Positions 8,629 to 17,497 of a stretch of DNA of 42,492 nucleotides are shown in pieces. The stretch lies in contig JABIPM010000012.1 of NCBI GenBank assembly GCA_018658955.1, positions 1 to 42,492 on the forward strand, given 5' to 3'. A program made the translations under genes and the position numbers. The DNA comes from Candidatus Woesearchaeota archaeon (GTDB lineage: Archaea > Nanobdellota > Nanobdellia > SCGC-AAA011-G17 > UBA489). The notes below the pieces were generated by a model. The model was not told the origin of the DNA, ran no database searches, and saw only the letters and a program-made list of their open reading frames with translations. Each line of letters begins with the position of its first letter. Position 1 is the stretch's first letter.

Positions 8629-10638
8629 TTAATCAAACATACTAAACATATTGCCTGTAGGTTCATCATCATCTTTTTTCTTCTTTTTTTCAGATTCAGT
8701 TTCATTAGTCCTATCTAAGTTAGAAATCCTATTTTGGTATTGTGGACTTTCGCTATAAGACCTTACTCCGTCATCTCTGGTCCATTCTTTTTTAACACCT
8801 CTAAACACATTATTTACCACTAAACTTTCACTAGAAACCTTCTGTTTCTTACTGAATATCCTTGAAAACAAACCTGATTTCTTAACCGGATTTACTCTTG
8901 CTCTTTCTTTAAATCCCCTAACTCTTTCCATATAAGCTTTATATTTCTTAACATGGTCTTCTTCACTAATAACTCTACTCATAGAAGCACCACCATATTC
9001 TCCTTGTTTTCCCTTAGGAACAATGTTTCTAGAGTGCATAGTTTTCATTATTCTTTTTCTCAATCTTTTTTTACTGCCTTTCCAAATCATCCACAACATG
9101 ATAATCACCCATACAACTGCAACGTAAATTAACCAACTATAACTCATCCTTTTTACACCCATGATTTCAACAGCTTCAAATGAATTTTCATTAACAACAA
9201 CATCATAAGTTCCAGTAATCATTCCAACACCTAGATCAATTCTTTCTTCTTGACCAACACCAAGATTAAGTTTATCGGAAATACTAGAAGTTTTAGCCAA
9301 ACTTTCTAACTCAATTTGTAACGGCCCTTCATAAGGGATATTTCCCACATTTTTAACTACTAAAGTTTGTCCATCTAAACTATACTCTAATTTCAAAACT
9401 TGTCCAACAACAAATATTTTTTCACCTTCGACATTACCATAGTATCCTCTAATAAAATAATTTCCAGGTTCAACATCTGCATCTAAAGTAATTGTAAATT
9501 GTTCACCTGAATTTTGAACACTATCAAAGAAAATATCTTCATCTTCATTCTCCACCTTAATTGTAATTGAATCCTCAATAACTTCACCCGCTTGATCTTT
9601 CAAAAAAGCCTTAATTTCCATACTTTCACCAGGGTTAATGGCTTCTTTTGCTCCTGCAATCGTTATTTTAGATGGAATCGCATCAACGATTATTGAAAAG
9701 GTATATGTGCCAAAATTACCAAATTCATCCTCTATTCTAACATTAATGTCCTGTTTTCCGCTAGTAATAGTATTTAATAAATAAAAGTCTAAATCAAAAT
9801 TACCATTTCTCAAGTCTTCTTCATACTTTTCTTCACCTATGCTAACATAAACAGTTCCTTTTTTCAACTTTCCACCAAGTACACTAGCAGTACCTTCCAT
9901 CTTTACTTTTTCTTTAGGTAAATAGTGCACTTTCGCAGTATGGGCGTTAACTTCAATTTTATTAATCAAAACAAAAGAACCAGCATTAATCAAAACAGAA
10001 TTTCCAAAACCATTTCTAATTTCAACAGTTACTAAATATTCACCACCTGGAACATCCCTGGTATTAATTTCAAAAACCACTTTACCTTCTTCAACCTCTA
10101 CAGAATCTGAGAAATAAATTCCACCCTCTTTTTTCAAAGTGATTATTGCAAATCCTTCAACAGGAGTTCCATCTTGTTTGAAACTTTTTCCGCTTATTTT
10201 AATTTCTTCACCAGCCTGAATATTTTCTTTATTTATTCCCACAGTTCCAGTCAGAGCAGTTGTAACCACAAAGTTACTTGAACTTTTAATTTCTAATACA
10301 CTTTCAAAATTATCTAAACTAACATCAACATTACAATTTCCTTCATTTAAAGAAACAATTGCAAACTCTTCACTGAAATCTTTTTTAACACCTGATTTCA
10401 AACTAACACTTCTAACCATTAATACATCTTTTTCAGAACCACATACCAATTCAAATTTTAATAATCCTAATGCATCATCGGTTCTAAGTACATAACCACT
10501 AATAGTAATGTCATCACCAATATTAACGGCAGTTTGTTCAGGACCATTTACAATAATCTCCGCATTAACAAAGCCAATACTAACTAATAAAAATAATCCT
10601 ACAAAAAGCCCAAAAACTCCCCTCTTTATACTTCCCAT
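8629..10638 (-). CDS. surface protein: signal peptide, repeated Ig/CARDB-like beta-rich modules, one C-proximal TM helix and a basic cytoplasmic tail
   Basis: N-terminal FGLFVGLFLLVSIGFVNA signal-like segment, a long beta-rich ectodomain, the TM WLIYVAVVWVIIMLWMIW, and a K/R-rich tail ending in KKKKKDDDE. Confidence 0.7.
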   Translation of the reverse strand: MGSIKRGVFGLFVGLFLLVSIGFVNAEIIVNGPEQTAVNIGDDITISGYVLRTDDALGLLKFELVCGSEKDVLMVRSVSLKSGVKKDFSEEFAIVSLNEGNCNVDVSLDNFESVLEIKSSSNFVVTTALTGTVGINKENIQAGEEIKISGKSFKQDGTPVEGFAIITLKKEGGIYFSDSVEVEEGKVVFEINTRDVPGGEYLVTVEIRNGFGNSVLINAGSFVLINKIEVNAHTAKVHYLPKEKVKMEGTASVLGGKLKKGTVYVSIGEEKYEEDLRNGNFDLDFYLLNTITSGKQDINVRIEDEFGNFGTYTFSIIVDAIPSKITIAGAKEAINPGESMEIKAFLKDQAGEVIEDSITIKVENEDEDIFFDSVQNSGEQFTITLDADVEPGNYFIRGYYGNVEGEKIFVVGQVLKLEYSLDGQTLVVKNVGNIPYEGPLQIELESLAKTSSISDKLNLGVGQEERIDLGVGMITGTYDVVVNENSFEAVEIMGVKRMSYSWLIYVAVVWVIIMLWMIWKGSKKRLRKRIMKTMHSRNIVPKGKQGEYGGASMSRVISEEDHVKKYKAYMERVRGFKERARVNPVKKSGLFSRIFSKKQKVSSESLVVNNVFRGVKKEWTRDDGVRSYSESPQYQNRISNLDRTNETESEKKKKKDDDEPTGNMFSMFD

Positions 10639-10673
10639 AGGGAAGATAAGTAAATTATTCTTTATATTAGTTA

Positions 10674-10892
10674 CTAAAAAGGAAGTATGCCTAATCTATA
10701 CAAAGAGTATCCAATCCAAGCCAAAAATCCAAAATAAAAGAAAGCCCAAAGCTTAGTAATTGGCAAATATTTTGACATTGTTTTAAATTTAGCTTTATAG
10801 CCCTTCTTCTTAAACCAAGCTATATAATTACATACAATACTATCTGCAATGAATAAAAACCAGATTATTGCCTCAATTTCCATATTAATCAT
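10674..10892 (-). CDS. small membrane protein (2 predicted TM helices)
   Basis: 72 aa with two hydrophobic segments (IIWFLFIADSIV; LWAFFYFGFLAWIGY). Confidence 0.45.
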   Translation of the reverse strand: MINMEIEAIIWFLFIADSIVCNYIAWFKKKGYKAKFKTMSKYLPITKLWAFFYFGFLAWIGYSLYRLGILPF

Positions 10893-10905
10893 TAGTCATA
10901 CTCAT

Positions 10906-10995
10906 TTATATTCTTTTTCTTCTTTCCGCAATTTTAGAAAAAAGCCCAACAATTAAACAAGCAATTAATATCATTACAATCCCTTCAGTTAACAT
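10906..10995 (-). CDS. possible 29-aa single-TM peptide (not in ORF track)
   Basis: Hand translation gives MLTEGIVMILIACLIVGLFSKIAERRKRI. A GAGGTGA Shine-Dalgarno-like motif ends 4 nt upstream of the ATG. It lies in the 135-nt gap between two same-strand genes. Confidence 0.3.
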   Translation of the reverse strand: MLTEGIVMILIACLIVGLFSKIAERRKRI

Positions 10996-11027
10996 TTAAT
11001 CACCTCAAAAAAATAAAATAAAGAGAT

Positions 11028-11609
11028 TTATTTAATCTCAATTATTTCAATTTCAAAACTTAAATCCTTTCCAGCTAGTGGATGATTCAAATCCAATACA
11101 AGAATTTCTTCTTTGATTTCCAATATTGTTACAATCCCGATACCTGACGGACTTTGTAATAACATTTTAGCACCTACTTCTGGTTCAGCACCTTCCGGAA
11201 GTCTTTCTTTTGGATATTCAGCCTTTAATTCCGGATTATATGCCCCATATGCTTCATCTGAAGGAATTGATAATGTTTTTTCATCTCCTTTTTTCAAACC
11301 AAGTAATCTAGATTCAAATCCCTTAATTATGCTTTCATCTCCAACAGTAAATTCCAGTGGATCTTTTCCTTCTGAAGAATCAAATACGCTACCATCTTCT
11401 AAAGTACCAATATAATGGAGCTTTACAATACTTCCATCTTCAATGACTGGTGCACCATTCATAATAATGAATAAAGCAACTAGTACAAAAGCTGCAAGAG
11501 TTAAAATTCCTTTATTGTTACTCTTCTTAGTAGTTTTAGAAACCTTCTTAGAAGTTTTTTTTGTTACCGCCTTTTTAGCAGTTTTTTTCTTTATTGTTTT
11601 TTTCACCAT
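11028..11609 (-). CDS. FKBP-type peptidyl-prolyl cis-trans isomerase with Lys-rich N-terminus and one TM anchor
   Basis: FKBP signature VKLHYIGTLEDGSVFDSS...PLEFTVG...IKGFE. Preceded by a KKTxKK-rich stretch and the TM LTLAAFVLVALFIIM. Confidence 0.85.
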   Translation of the reverse strand: MVKKTIKKKTAKKAVTKKTSKKVSKTTKKSNNKGILTLAAFVLVALFIIMNGAPVIEDGSIVKLHYIGTLEDGSVFDSSEGKDPLEFTVGDESIIKGFESRLLGLKKGDEKTLSIPSDEAYGAYNPELKAEYPKERLPEGAEPEVGAKMLLQSPSGIGIVTILEIKEEILVLDLNHPLAGKDLSFEIEIIEIK

Positions 11610-11671
11610 GTAAAAATCACCTAATCAACAAATCTTTCTCTAACTTATAAATATAACTATGCTAAAAACAC

Positions 11672-12253
11672 TTACTTTTCAAGCAAAATAAACTTTTTAT
11701 TTCCTTTTTGATGGCTAGCACCTTCATCCACAGTAGTCTCAACTTTAAATCCTGCAAATTTGAAACATTTAACCCATAATTCAAATTCCCCTTTAGATTG
11801 AGGATAGAATTGAATCACTCCCCTGCCTGTATTCTTTAACACTCTGAACATTTCTGAAGCAACCTTTTTGTAATTTTCAATCACTTCATCAACATTATTT
11901 CCATTAATCCATTGCATAGCGGAAATTGAAATTAAACCCTCAAAGTATTCATCACTATAATCTAAATCTAACATACTTCCTAACTTAACCTCAAAACCTT
12001 TTGACTTGGCAATCTTTACCATTTCTTCAGCGACATCAACACCACTAACCTCAAATCTGTTTTCTTTTAAAATTTCTAAAGAAAAACCAGTTCCACAACC
12101 AACATCCAAAACTTTTCCCGTTTTCAAACCTAACAATTCAATAGCTCTAGAAGTAATTTCGAACTGAACCTTTTTCATACCTGAACCTTTTTCATACTTC
12201 AAAGCTTCTTCTTTTCCATAATATTTGTTAGCATCTATTCCCAGAACATCCAT
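11672..12253 (-). CDS. Bud23/WBSCR22-like class I SAM methyltransferase
   Basis: The N-terminal YYGKEEALKYEKGSGMKKVQFEITSRAIELL resembles the Bud23 N-terminus. Motif I VLDVGCGTG. ISISAMQWI closely matches Bud23 ISISAIQWL. Confidence 0.65.
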   Translation of the reverse strand: MDVLGIDANKYYGKEEALKYEKGSGMKKVQFEITSRAIELLGLKTGKVLDVGCGTGFSLEILKENRFEVSGVDVAEEMVKIAKSKGFEVKLGSMLDLDYSDEYFEGLISISAMQWINGNNVDEVIENYKKVASEMFRVLKNTGRGVIQFYPQSKGEFELWVKCFKFAGFKVETTVDEGASHQKGNKKFILLEK

Positions 12254-12290
12254 ATTAATTCAAATTCTCCATAAAATTACACAAAATAAA

Positions 12291-12302
12291 CTTTATAAAT
12301 AT
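12291..12302 (+). promoter_or_regulatory. TATA box (ctttataaatat) 19 nt upstream of pheS ATG
   Basis: Consensus archaeal TATA with an A-rich upstream BRE-like stretch. The spacing implies a leaderless transcript. Confidence 0.45.
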
Positions 12303-12321
12303 ACACATTAACCTCAACACT

Positions 12322-13812
12322 ATGAAAAAATTGAATGAGGTGATAGAATCTCTCCACCCATTAGAAAGAAGTGTTCTTAAACATTTAACCAATAATTTAA
12401 CAGCAACAGAATTAGCTTCGCTAGCAAATTTAAAGGAAGTAGAAGTTATGCGTGCATTACAATGGTTGGAACAAAAAGGTGTTCTTGAACTTAATCAAAC
12501 TAAAACAGAAACAATCGAAATTGGTGAAAATGGTAAAAATTATTTAGAAAATGGTTTTCCTGAAAAAAGATTTCTAAAATCAATAACAGCTAAACCTCAA
12601 CCGATGAATAAAATAAAAGATCTAGCATGTTTAGATAATAATGAATTTTCAATTTCATTAGGATTACTAAAAAGAAATAATTGTATCAAATTAGGAAAAG
12701 AAGCAGAAATAACTAAAGATGGGTTAAACCTACTAAAAGATAAAACACAAGAAGACTTTCTTAAACAATTACCAAAATCTTTAGATAATCTAACAAAAGA
12801 ACAAATAGGAATAGAAATAGAATTATCAAAAAGAAAAGACATAATCAAAACAGAAACAAGAAAAATATTCACATTAAAACTTTTAAAATTCGGAAAAGAA
12901 ATTTTAAATTCTAAAATAAATTTAGATTTAATTGACACTTTAACTCCAGAAATAATCAAAACAGGCACATGGAAAAATAAAAAATTCAGAAGATATACAA
13001 TAGATGCTTCTGTAGGTGAAACTTATGCTGCAAAGAGGCACATGGTTGCCCAGGCAAGAAATTACATCAGACAAGTTTGGTTAGATATGGGTTTTAAAGA
13101 AATGTCTGGACCCATGGTTGAGTCATCATTCTGGAATTTTGATGCATTATTCACTCCTCAAGATCACCCAGCGAGAGAAATGCAAGACACTTTCTTCATA
13201 GAAGGTTCAAAAAAATCACCAGATAAGAAATTATTATCACAAATAAAAAAACAACATGAAACTAAATGGAATTACAAGTGGGAAGAAAAACCCTCAAAGG
13301 AATTAGTTCTAAGAACACATACAACATCAACAACAGCAAGAACATTAGCAAACTTAAAAGAATCAGATTTTCCTGCTAAATTCTTCTCAGTTAACAGAGT
13401 GTTTAGAAATGAAGCATTAGATTGGTCTCATTTATTTGAATTAAATCAAGTAGAAGGAATTGTAGTTGATCCAAATGCAACATTTCAAGATTTAATTGGA
13501 TATCTTAAACAATATTATAGTAAATTAGGTTATGACAAAATAAGAATCAGACCAGCTTATTTCCCTTATGTGGAACCAGGATTAGAAATTGATGCTTTCC
13601 ATCCAAAGAAAAAGAAATGGGTTGAGTTAGGTGGTGCAGGAATTTTAAGACCAGAAGTAGTAATTCCATTGCTAGGAAAAGACATTCCAGTTTTAGCATG
13701 GGGTCAAGGATTAGAAAGAGGAATATCAGAATATTATACCATAACAGATATTAGAGAATTATACAAAAATGATCTTAAACAATTAAGAAACTCAAAGGTA
13801 TGGTTGAAATAA
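12322..13812 (+). CDS. pheS: phenylalanine--tRNA ligase alpha subunit (archaeal/eukaryotic type)
   Basis: N-terminal winged-helix repeats. Class II motifs FDALFTPQDHPAREMQDTF, LRTHTTS, RVFRNE, YFPYVEPG, ELGGAGILRPEV. Confidence 0.93.
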   Translation: MKKLNEVIESLHPLERSVLKHLTNNLTATELASLANLKEVEVMRALQWLEQKGVLELNQTKTETIEIGENGKNYLENGFPEKRFLKSITAKPQPMNKIKDLACLDNNEFSISLGLLKRNNCIKLGKEAEITKDGLNLLKDKTQEDFLKQLPKSLDNLTKEQIGIEIELSKRKDIIKTETRKIFTLKLLKFGKEILNSKINLDLIDTLTPEIIKTGTWKNKKFRRYTIDASVGETYAAKRHMVAQARNYIRQVWLDMGFKEMSGPMVESSFWNFDALFTPQDHPAREMQDTFFIEGSKKSPDKKLLSQIKKQHETKWNYKWEEKPSKELVLRTHTTSTTARTLANLKESDFPAKFFSVNRVFRNEALDWSHLFELNQVEGIVVDPNATFQDLIGYLKQYYSKLGYDKIRIRPAYFPYVEPGLEIDAFHPKKKKWVELGGAGILRPEVVIPLLGKDIPVLAWGQGLERGISEYYTITDIRELYKNDLKQLRNSKVWLK

Positions 13813-13813
13813 A

Positions 13814-15424
13814 ATGCCAAAAATAACATTAAACAAAAAAGAAACATTGAAACTAGTTGGGAAAAACATTCCAGACAAACAATTAGAAGAATCAATCCCT
13901 TTATTGGGTACAGATTTAGAAAGAGTAACCAAAGACAAAATAGAAGTAGAAATTTTTCCCAATAGGCCAGATATGTTATCTGAAGAAGGGTTTGCAAGAG
14001 CACTTTCTTCATTCATGGGAATTAAAACAGGGCTAAAAAGTTACAAAGTAAACTCTTCAAAATACAAATATATAATAGATTCAAAAGTAAAATCTGTTAG
14101 GCCTTACTGTGGTGCTGCAGTAGTAAAGGGAGTTAAATTCACAGAAGCTTCTTTAACCGGTTTCATGAACTTACAAGACAAATTACACACAACTCACGGA
14201 AGAAATAGGGCTAAGGTTGCAATGGGCGCTCACGATTTAACGAATGTTTCTTTTCCAATAAAATACACTACTAAACCCAGAAGTTTCAAATTTCGAGCAT
14301 TAGGTGATTCTGAAGAAAATACAATTTCATACATACTACAAGAACATCCAAAAGGTTCAGCATATGCGCATATTTTAGACAAAAAAGAAGTACCTATTTG
14401 GATTGATTCAAAAAACCAAGTACTTAGTATGCCCCCAATTATTAATTCAGAACAAACTAAATTAACAATTAAATCAAAAGATATTTTATTAGATGTTACT
14501 GGAAGTTCTCAAGAATCGGTAGATCAAGCGTTGAATATATTAGTTACTGCCTTAGCAGACCGTAGTGGAAAAATTTATTCAGTAAATAACCAACCTAAAT
14601 TAAAACCGCACAAACTAAAAGTAAATATTAACAAAGTAAACAAATTACTGGGATTAAATTTAAAGAAATCAGAAATTTCAAAACTCTTAGCAAAAATGGG
14701 GATGAAGTATTCTCCTTCAACTTCAAGCGTTGAATATCCTGCATACAGAACAGATATTTTAAGTGAAGTAGACATTGTTGAAGAAATTGCAATTGCTTAT
14801 GGTTACAATAATTTTTCTTCAAGTATTCCCAATATTTCTACAATAGCTCAAGAAGATCCTTTTGAAAAATTCAAAAACATAATTGCAAATATTTGTACAG
14901 GTTTAGGATTACAAGAAGTTTCAAGTTATCATTTATCTAACTTAGAAGATGAAACAACAAAAATGAAACTAAACTTAAAACCAATCAAAATAAAGAATTC
15001 GATTAGTTCCGAATATAACGTGTTAAGGCCTACAATTACACCCTCATTACTAAATGTTCTAAAAATTAACAGGCACAACGAATATCCTCAAAATATTTTT
15101 GAAATGGGTAATGTCTTCCTAAAAAATGGAAATAATATTGAAGAACCTACAAGAATCGGTATAGCATTATGTCATTCAAAGGCAGACTACACAGAAGCAA
15201 AAAAAGCATTAGATTCAATTCTTTCTTCATTAGGACTAACCGGCAAATATGAATCAACAGATCATCCTTCATTTATACCTGGAAGAGTGGCAAGAGTTTC
15301 AATAAAGAACAAAAAGGTAGCATATGTTGGTGAACTTCACCCAGAAGTATTAAACAATTTTGACATCGATACTCCTACTGCAACAATAGAACTTAATTTA
15401 ACAGAAATATTTAGTTTAATCTAA
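13814..15424 (+). CDS. pheT: phenylalanine--tRNA ligase beta subunit (archaeal type)
   Basis: It starts 1 nt after the pheS stop. B3/4 and B5 domain patterns (FPNRPDMLSEEGFARAL, PPIINSE, YPAYRTDIL) and a C-terminal class-II-like fold. Confidence 0.9.
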   Translation: MPKITLNKKETLKLVGKNIPDKQLEESIPLLGTDLERVTKDKIEVEIFPNRPDMLSEEGFARALSSFMGIKTGLKSYKVNSSKYKYIIDSKVKSVRPYCGAAVVKGVKFTEASLTGFMNLQDKLHTTHGRNRAKVAMGAHDLTNVSFPIKYTTKPRSFKFRALGDSEENTISYILQEHPKGSAYAHILDKKEVPIWIDSKNQVLSMPPIINSEQTKLTIKSKDILLDVTGSSQESVDQALNILVTALADRSGKIYSVNNQPKLKPHKLKVNINKVNKLLGLNLKKSEISKLLAKMGMKYSPSTSSVEYPAYRTDILSEVDIVEEIAIAYGYNNFSSSIPNISTIAQEDPFEKFKNIIANICTGLGLQEVSSYHLSNLEDETTKMKLNLKPIKIKNSISSEYNVLRPTITPSLLNVLKINRHNEYPQNIFEMGNVFLKNGNNIEEPTRIGIALCHSKADYTEAKKALDSILSSLGLTGKYESTDHPSFIPGRVARVSIKNKKVAYVGELHPEVLNNFDIDTPTATIELNLTEIFSLI

Positions 15425-15780
15425 ATCAAACTGCCATATGCTCTTTGATCATTTTCACCATAAGAATAGAACCCTTTTACATCTGCTTTAAATGCAACCT
15501 CGCCTAAAAAATTCTTTAAACACTTGGCTTCTTCTGTAAGAATTGAATAAACATGTTCATTAAATGCATATTTTGGAATATTATTTGCCTTAATTAACAA
15601 TTCTTCATTTTCAGTTAGAATTTCCAAATAAGCAATTTCATTACCATTTTTTAAGCATCTTTGATAATTTAATATTAGATTGGAAGAATTTCTAAGTTTG
15701 GATTTCAGAGCACTTGATAAAATCAAATTATTATTTTCCTTATTGATTGAAGTTACTAAATATGACATAACCTTAAGCAA
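15421..15780 (-). CDS. hypothetical protein
   Basis: 119-aa ORF occupying the gap between pheT and the next operon. No motif recognised. Confidence 0.4.
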   Translation of the reverse strand: MLKVMSYLVTSINKENNNLILSSALKSKLRNSSNLILNYQRCLKNGNEIAYLEILTENEELLIKANNIPKYAFNEHVYSILTEEAKCLKNFLGEVAFKADVKGFYSYGENDQRAYGSLI

Positions 15781-15823
15781 AAATAAGCCTATATAAAATT
15801 ACCTAAATACAGTAGTAAAAAGG

Positions 15824-15836
15824 TACCTTTTTAAAC
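15824..15836 (+). promoter_or_regulatory. TATA/BRE-like box (tacctttttaaac) 20 nt upstream of ATG 15857
   Basis: Same recurring box. It marks the chorismate-mutase-like ORF as first gene of its operon. Confidence 0.4.
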
Positions 15837-15856
15837 AAATTCTCTAAAAAACAGTT

Positions 15857-16096
15857 ATGGATGAAATAAACAAATTAAGAGAAAAATTAGATAAAATAGA
15901 TCTAAAACTCCTAAAAACACTGTTTAAACGAAATAAAATAACTTCAAAAATAAAGAAAATAAAAAAAGAAAATGAACTGAAATTAGAGGATAAAACCAGA
16001 GAAAAAACCATATTAAACCGCTTAAATTCAAAAAAATTAATATCTAAAAAAACACTAGAAAATATCTACAAAGAAATATTCAAACAATCAAAATGA
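15857..16096 (+). CDS. AroQ-class chorismate mutase-like protein (79 aa)
   Basis: The all-helical pattern L-REKLDKIDLKLLKTLFKRNKI...K...DKTREKTILNRL...IFKQSK aligns from memory with MjCM/EcCM. It includes candidate catalytic Arg (LRE), Arg (KRN), Lys, Arg-Glu (REK) and C-terminal Gln. Confidence 0.6.
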   Translation: MDEINKLREKLDKIDLKLLKTLFKRNKITSKIKKIKKENELKLEDKTREKTILNRLNSKKLISKKTLENIYKEIFKQSK

Positions 16097-17421
16097 AAAC
16101 AGAATTATTAGCACCAGTAGGAGATTGGGAAACCATGCAGGCAGCAATAGATGCTGGTGCAGATGCAGTATACTTTGGAATCAAATGGATTAACATGCGT
16201 TCTTCTTCAGCAAGAAACTTTGACATAGAAGAATTACCCAAAGTTATGGAAAAATTACACAAAAATAATGTAAAGGGATTCATTGCATTAAACACCTTAA
16301 TTTATGATCACGAATTAAAAAAAGTCGAAGATATAATTGACGCAGCAAAAAAAGCAAAAGTTGATGCAGTTATTGCGGCAGATACTGCAATTCTTCAATT
16401 ATGTAATGATAAGGATGTTGAAGTTCATATTTCAACTCAAGAATCAGTCTCAAATTATCAGGCAGTAAAGTTTTTCTCAAATTTTTCACCAAGAATTGTT
16501 CTAGCAAGAGAATGTACTTTAGACCAAATCAAAGAAATAAAAAAGAAAATAAAACAAGACAAATTAAAATACAAAGGAAGAGAAATAGAATTAGAAACCT
16601 TCATCCATGGTTCTTTATGTGTGGCATATTCTGGAAGATGTTTCATGTCTCAACACCATAACAGACTTTCAGCAAACAGAGGGCAATGTTTACAAGAATG
16701 TAGAAAGAAATACAAAATCACAGATTTAGAAGATCCAAGAAGAGAATTTCACATAGAAGATAATTACATTCTTTCACCAAAAGATCTTTGTACTTTACCG
16801 ATTTTAGATAAATTAGTTGATGCAGGAATCAATGTTCTAAAAATAGAGGGGAGAGCAAAAGGACCAGAATATATTTACACAGTAACAAAAGCCTACAGAA
16901 CTGCACTAGATTTAATAGAAAATAAAGAATTCACCCAAGAAAAAGCAGTAACATTAACAGAAGAACTAAAAAAAGTATTCAATCGAGGATTTACAACGAA
17001 TTTTTATTTAGGAACACCAACTAATGATTCATGGACTAAATTCTATGGTTCATCTGCAACAGAGAAAAAAGTAAAATTGGGACAAGTAGATAATTATTTC
17101 ACCAAAACAAATATTGTTTCTTTCAAAATCGAACAAAACGAATTAAATCAAGGCGATGAAGTATGTTTTACTGGTCCCACGACAGGATTTTACAAAACCC
17201 AAGTAAATGAACTGTGGGTCAATGAAAAGCCTTCAAAAGAAGCTAAAAAAGGTGATGAAGTAACATTCAAAACAGAAAAGAGATTAAGAATTTCAGATAC
17301 GGCCTTCAAAATAGAAAAAAGAGATGTAAATAAAGAAGAACAAGAAATCAGAGAAAGATGTGAAAAAATAGGCATCCATAAACCATTCAAATTCTTAAAA
17401 AAAGACAAAGGAATGAAATGA
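16093..17421 (+). CDS. peptidase U32 family protein (RlhA/TrhP/UbiU-like Fe-S protein)
   Basis: N-terminal ELLAPVGDWETMQAAIDAGADAVYFG. Conserved Cys cluster HGSLCVAYSGRCFMS...NRGQCLQECR (C-x6-C-x15-C-x3-C). ATGA overlap with the upstream ORF. Confidence 0.85.
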   Translation: MKTELLAPVGDWETMQAAIDAGADAVYFGIKWINMRSSSARNFDIEELPKVMEKLHKNNVKGFIALNTLIYDHELKKVEDIIDAAKKAKVDAVIAADTAILQLCNDKDVEVHISTQESVSNYQAVKFFSNFSPRIVLARECTLDQIKEIKKKIKQDKLKYKGREIELETFIHGSLCVAYSGRCFMSQHHNRLSANRGQCLQECRKKYKITDLEDPRREFHIEDNYILSPKDLCTLPILDKLVDAGINVLKIEGRAKGPEYIYTVTKAYRTALDLIENKEFTQEKAVTLTEELKKVFNRGFTTNFYLGTPTNDSWTKFYGSSATEKKVKLGQVDNYFTKTNIVSFKIEQNELNQGDEVCFTGPTTGFYKTQVNELWVNEKPSKEAKKGDEVTFKTEKRLRISDTAFKIEKRDVNKEEQEIRERCEKIGIHKPFKFLKKDKGMK

Positions 17422-17497
17422 TTTATAAAAAAACTCAAATATAACAATAAAACTAAACAAATTTATTTAAACTAAAATCTCAGATTTCTAACACGCA

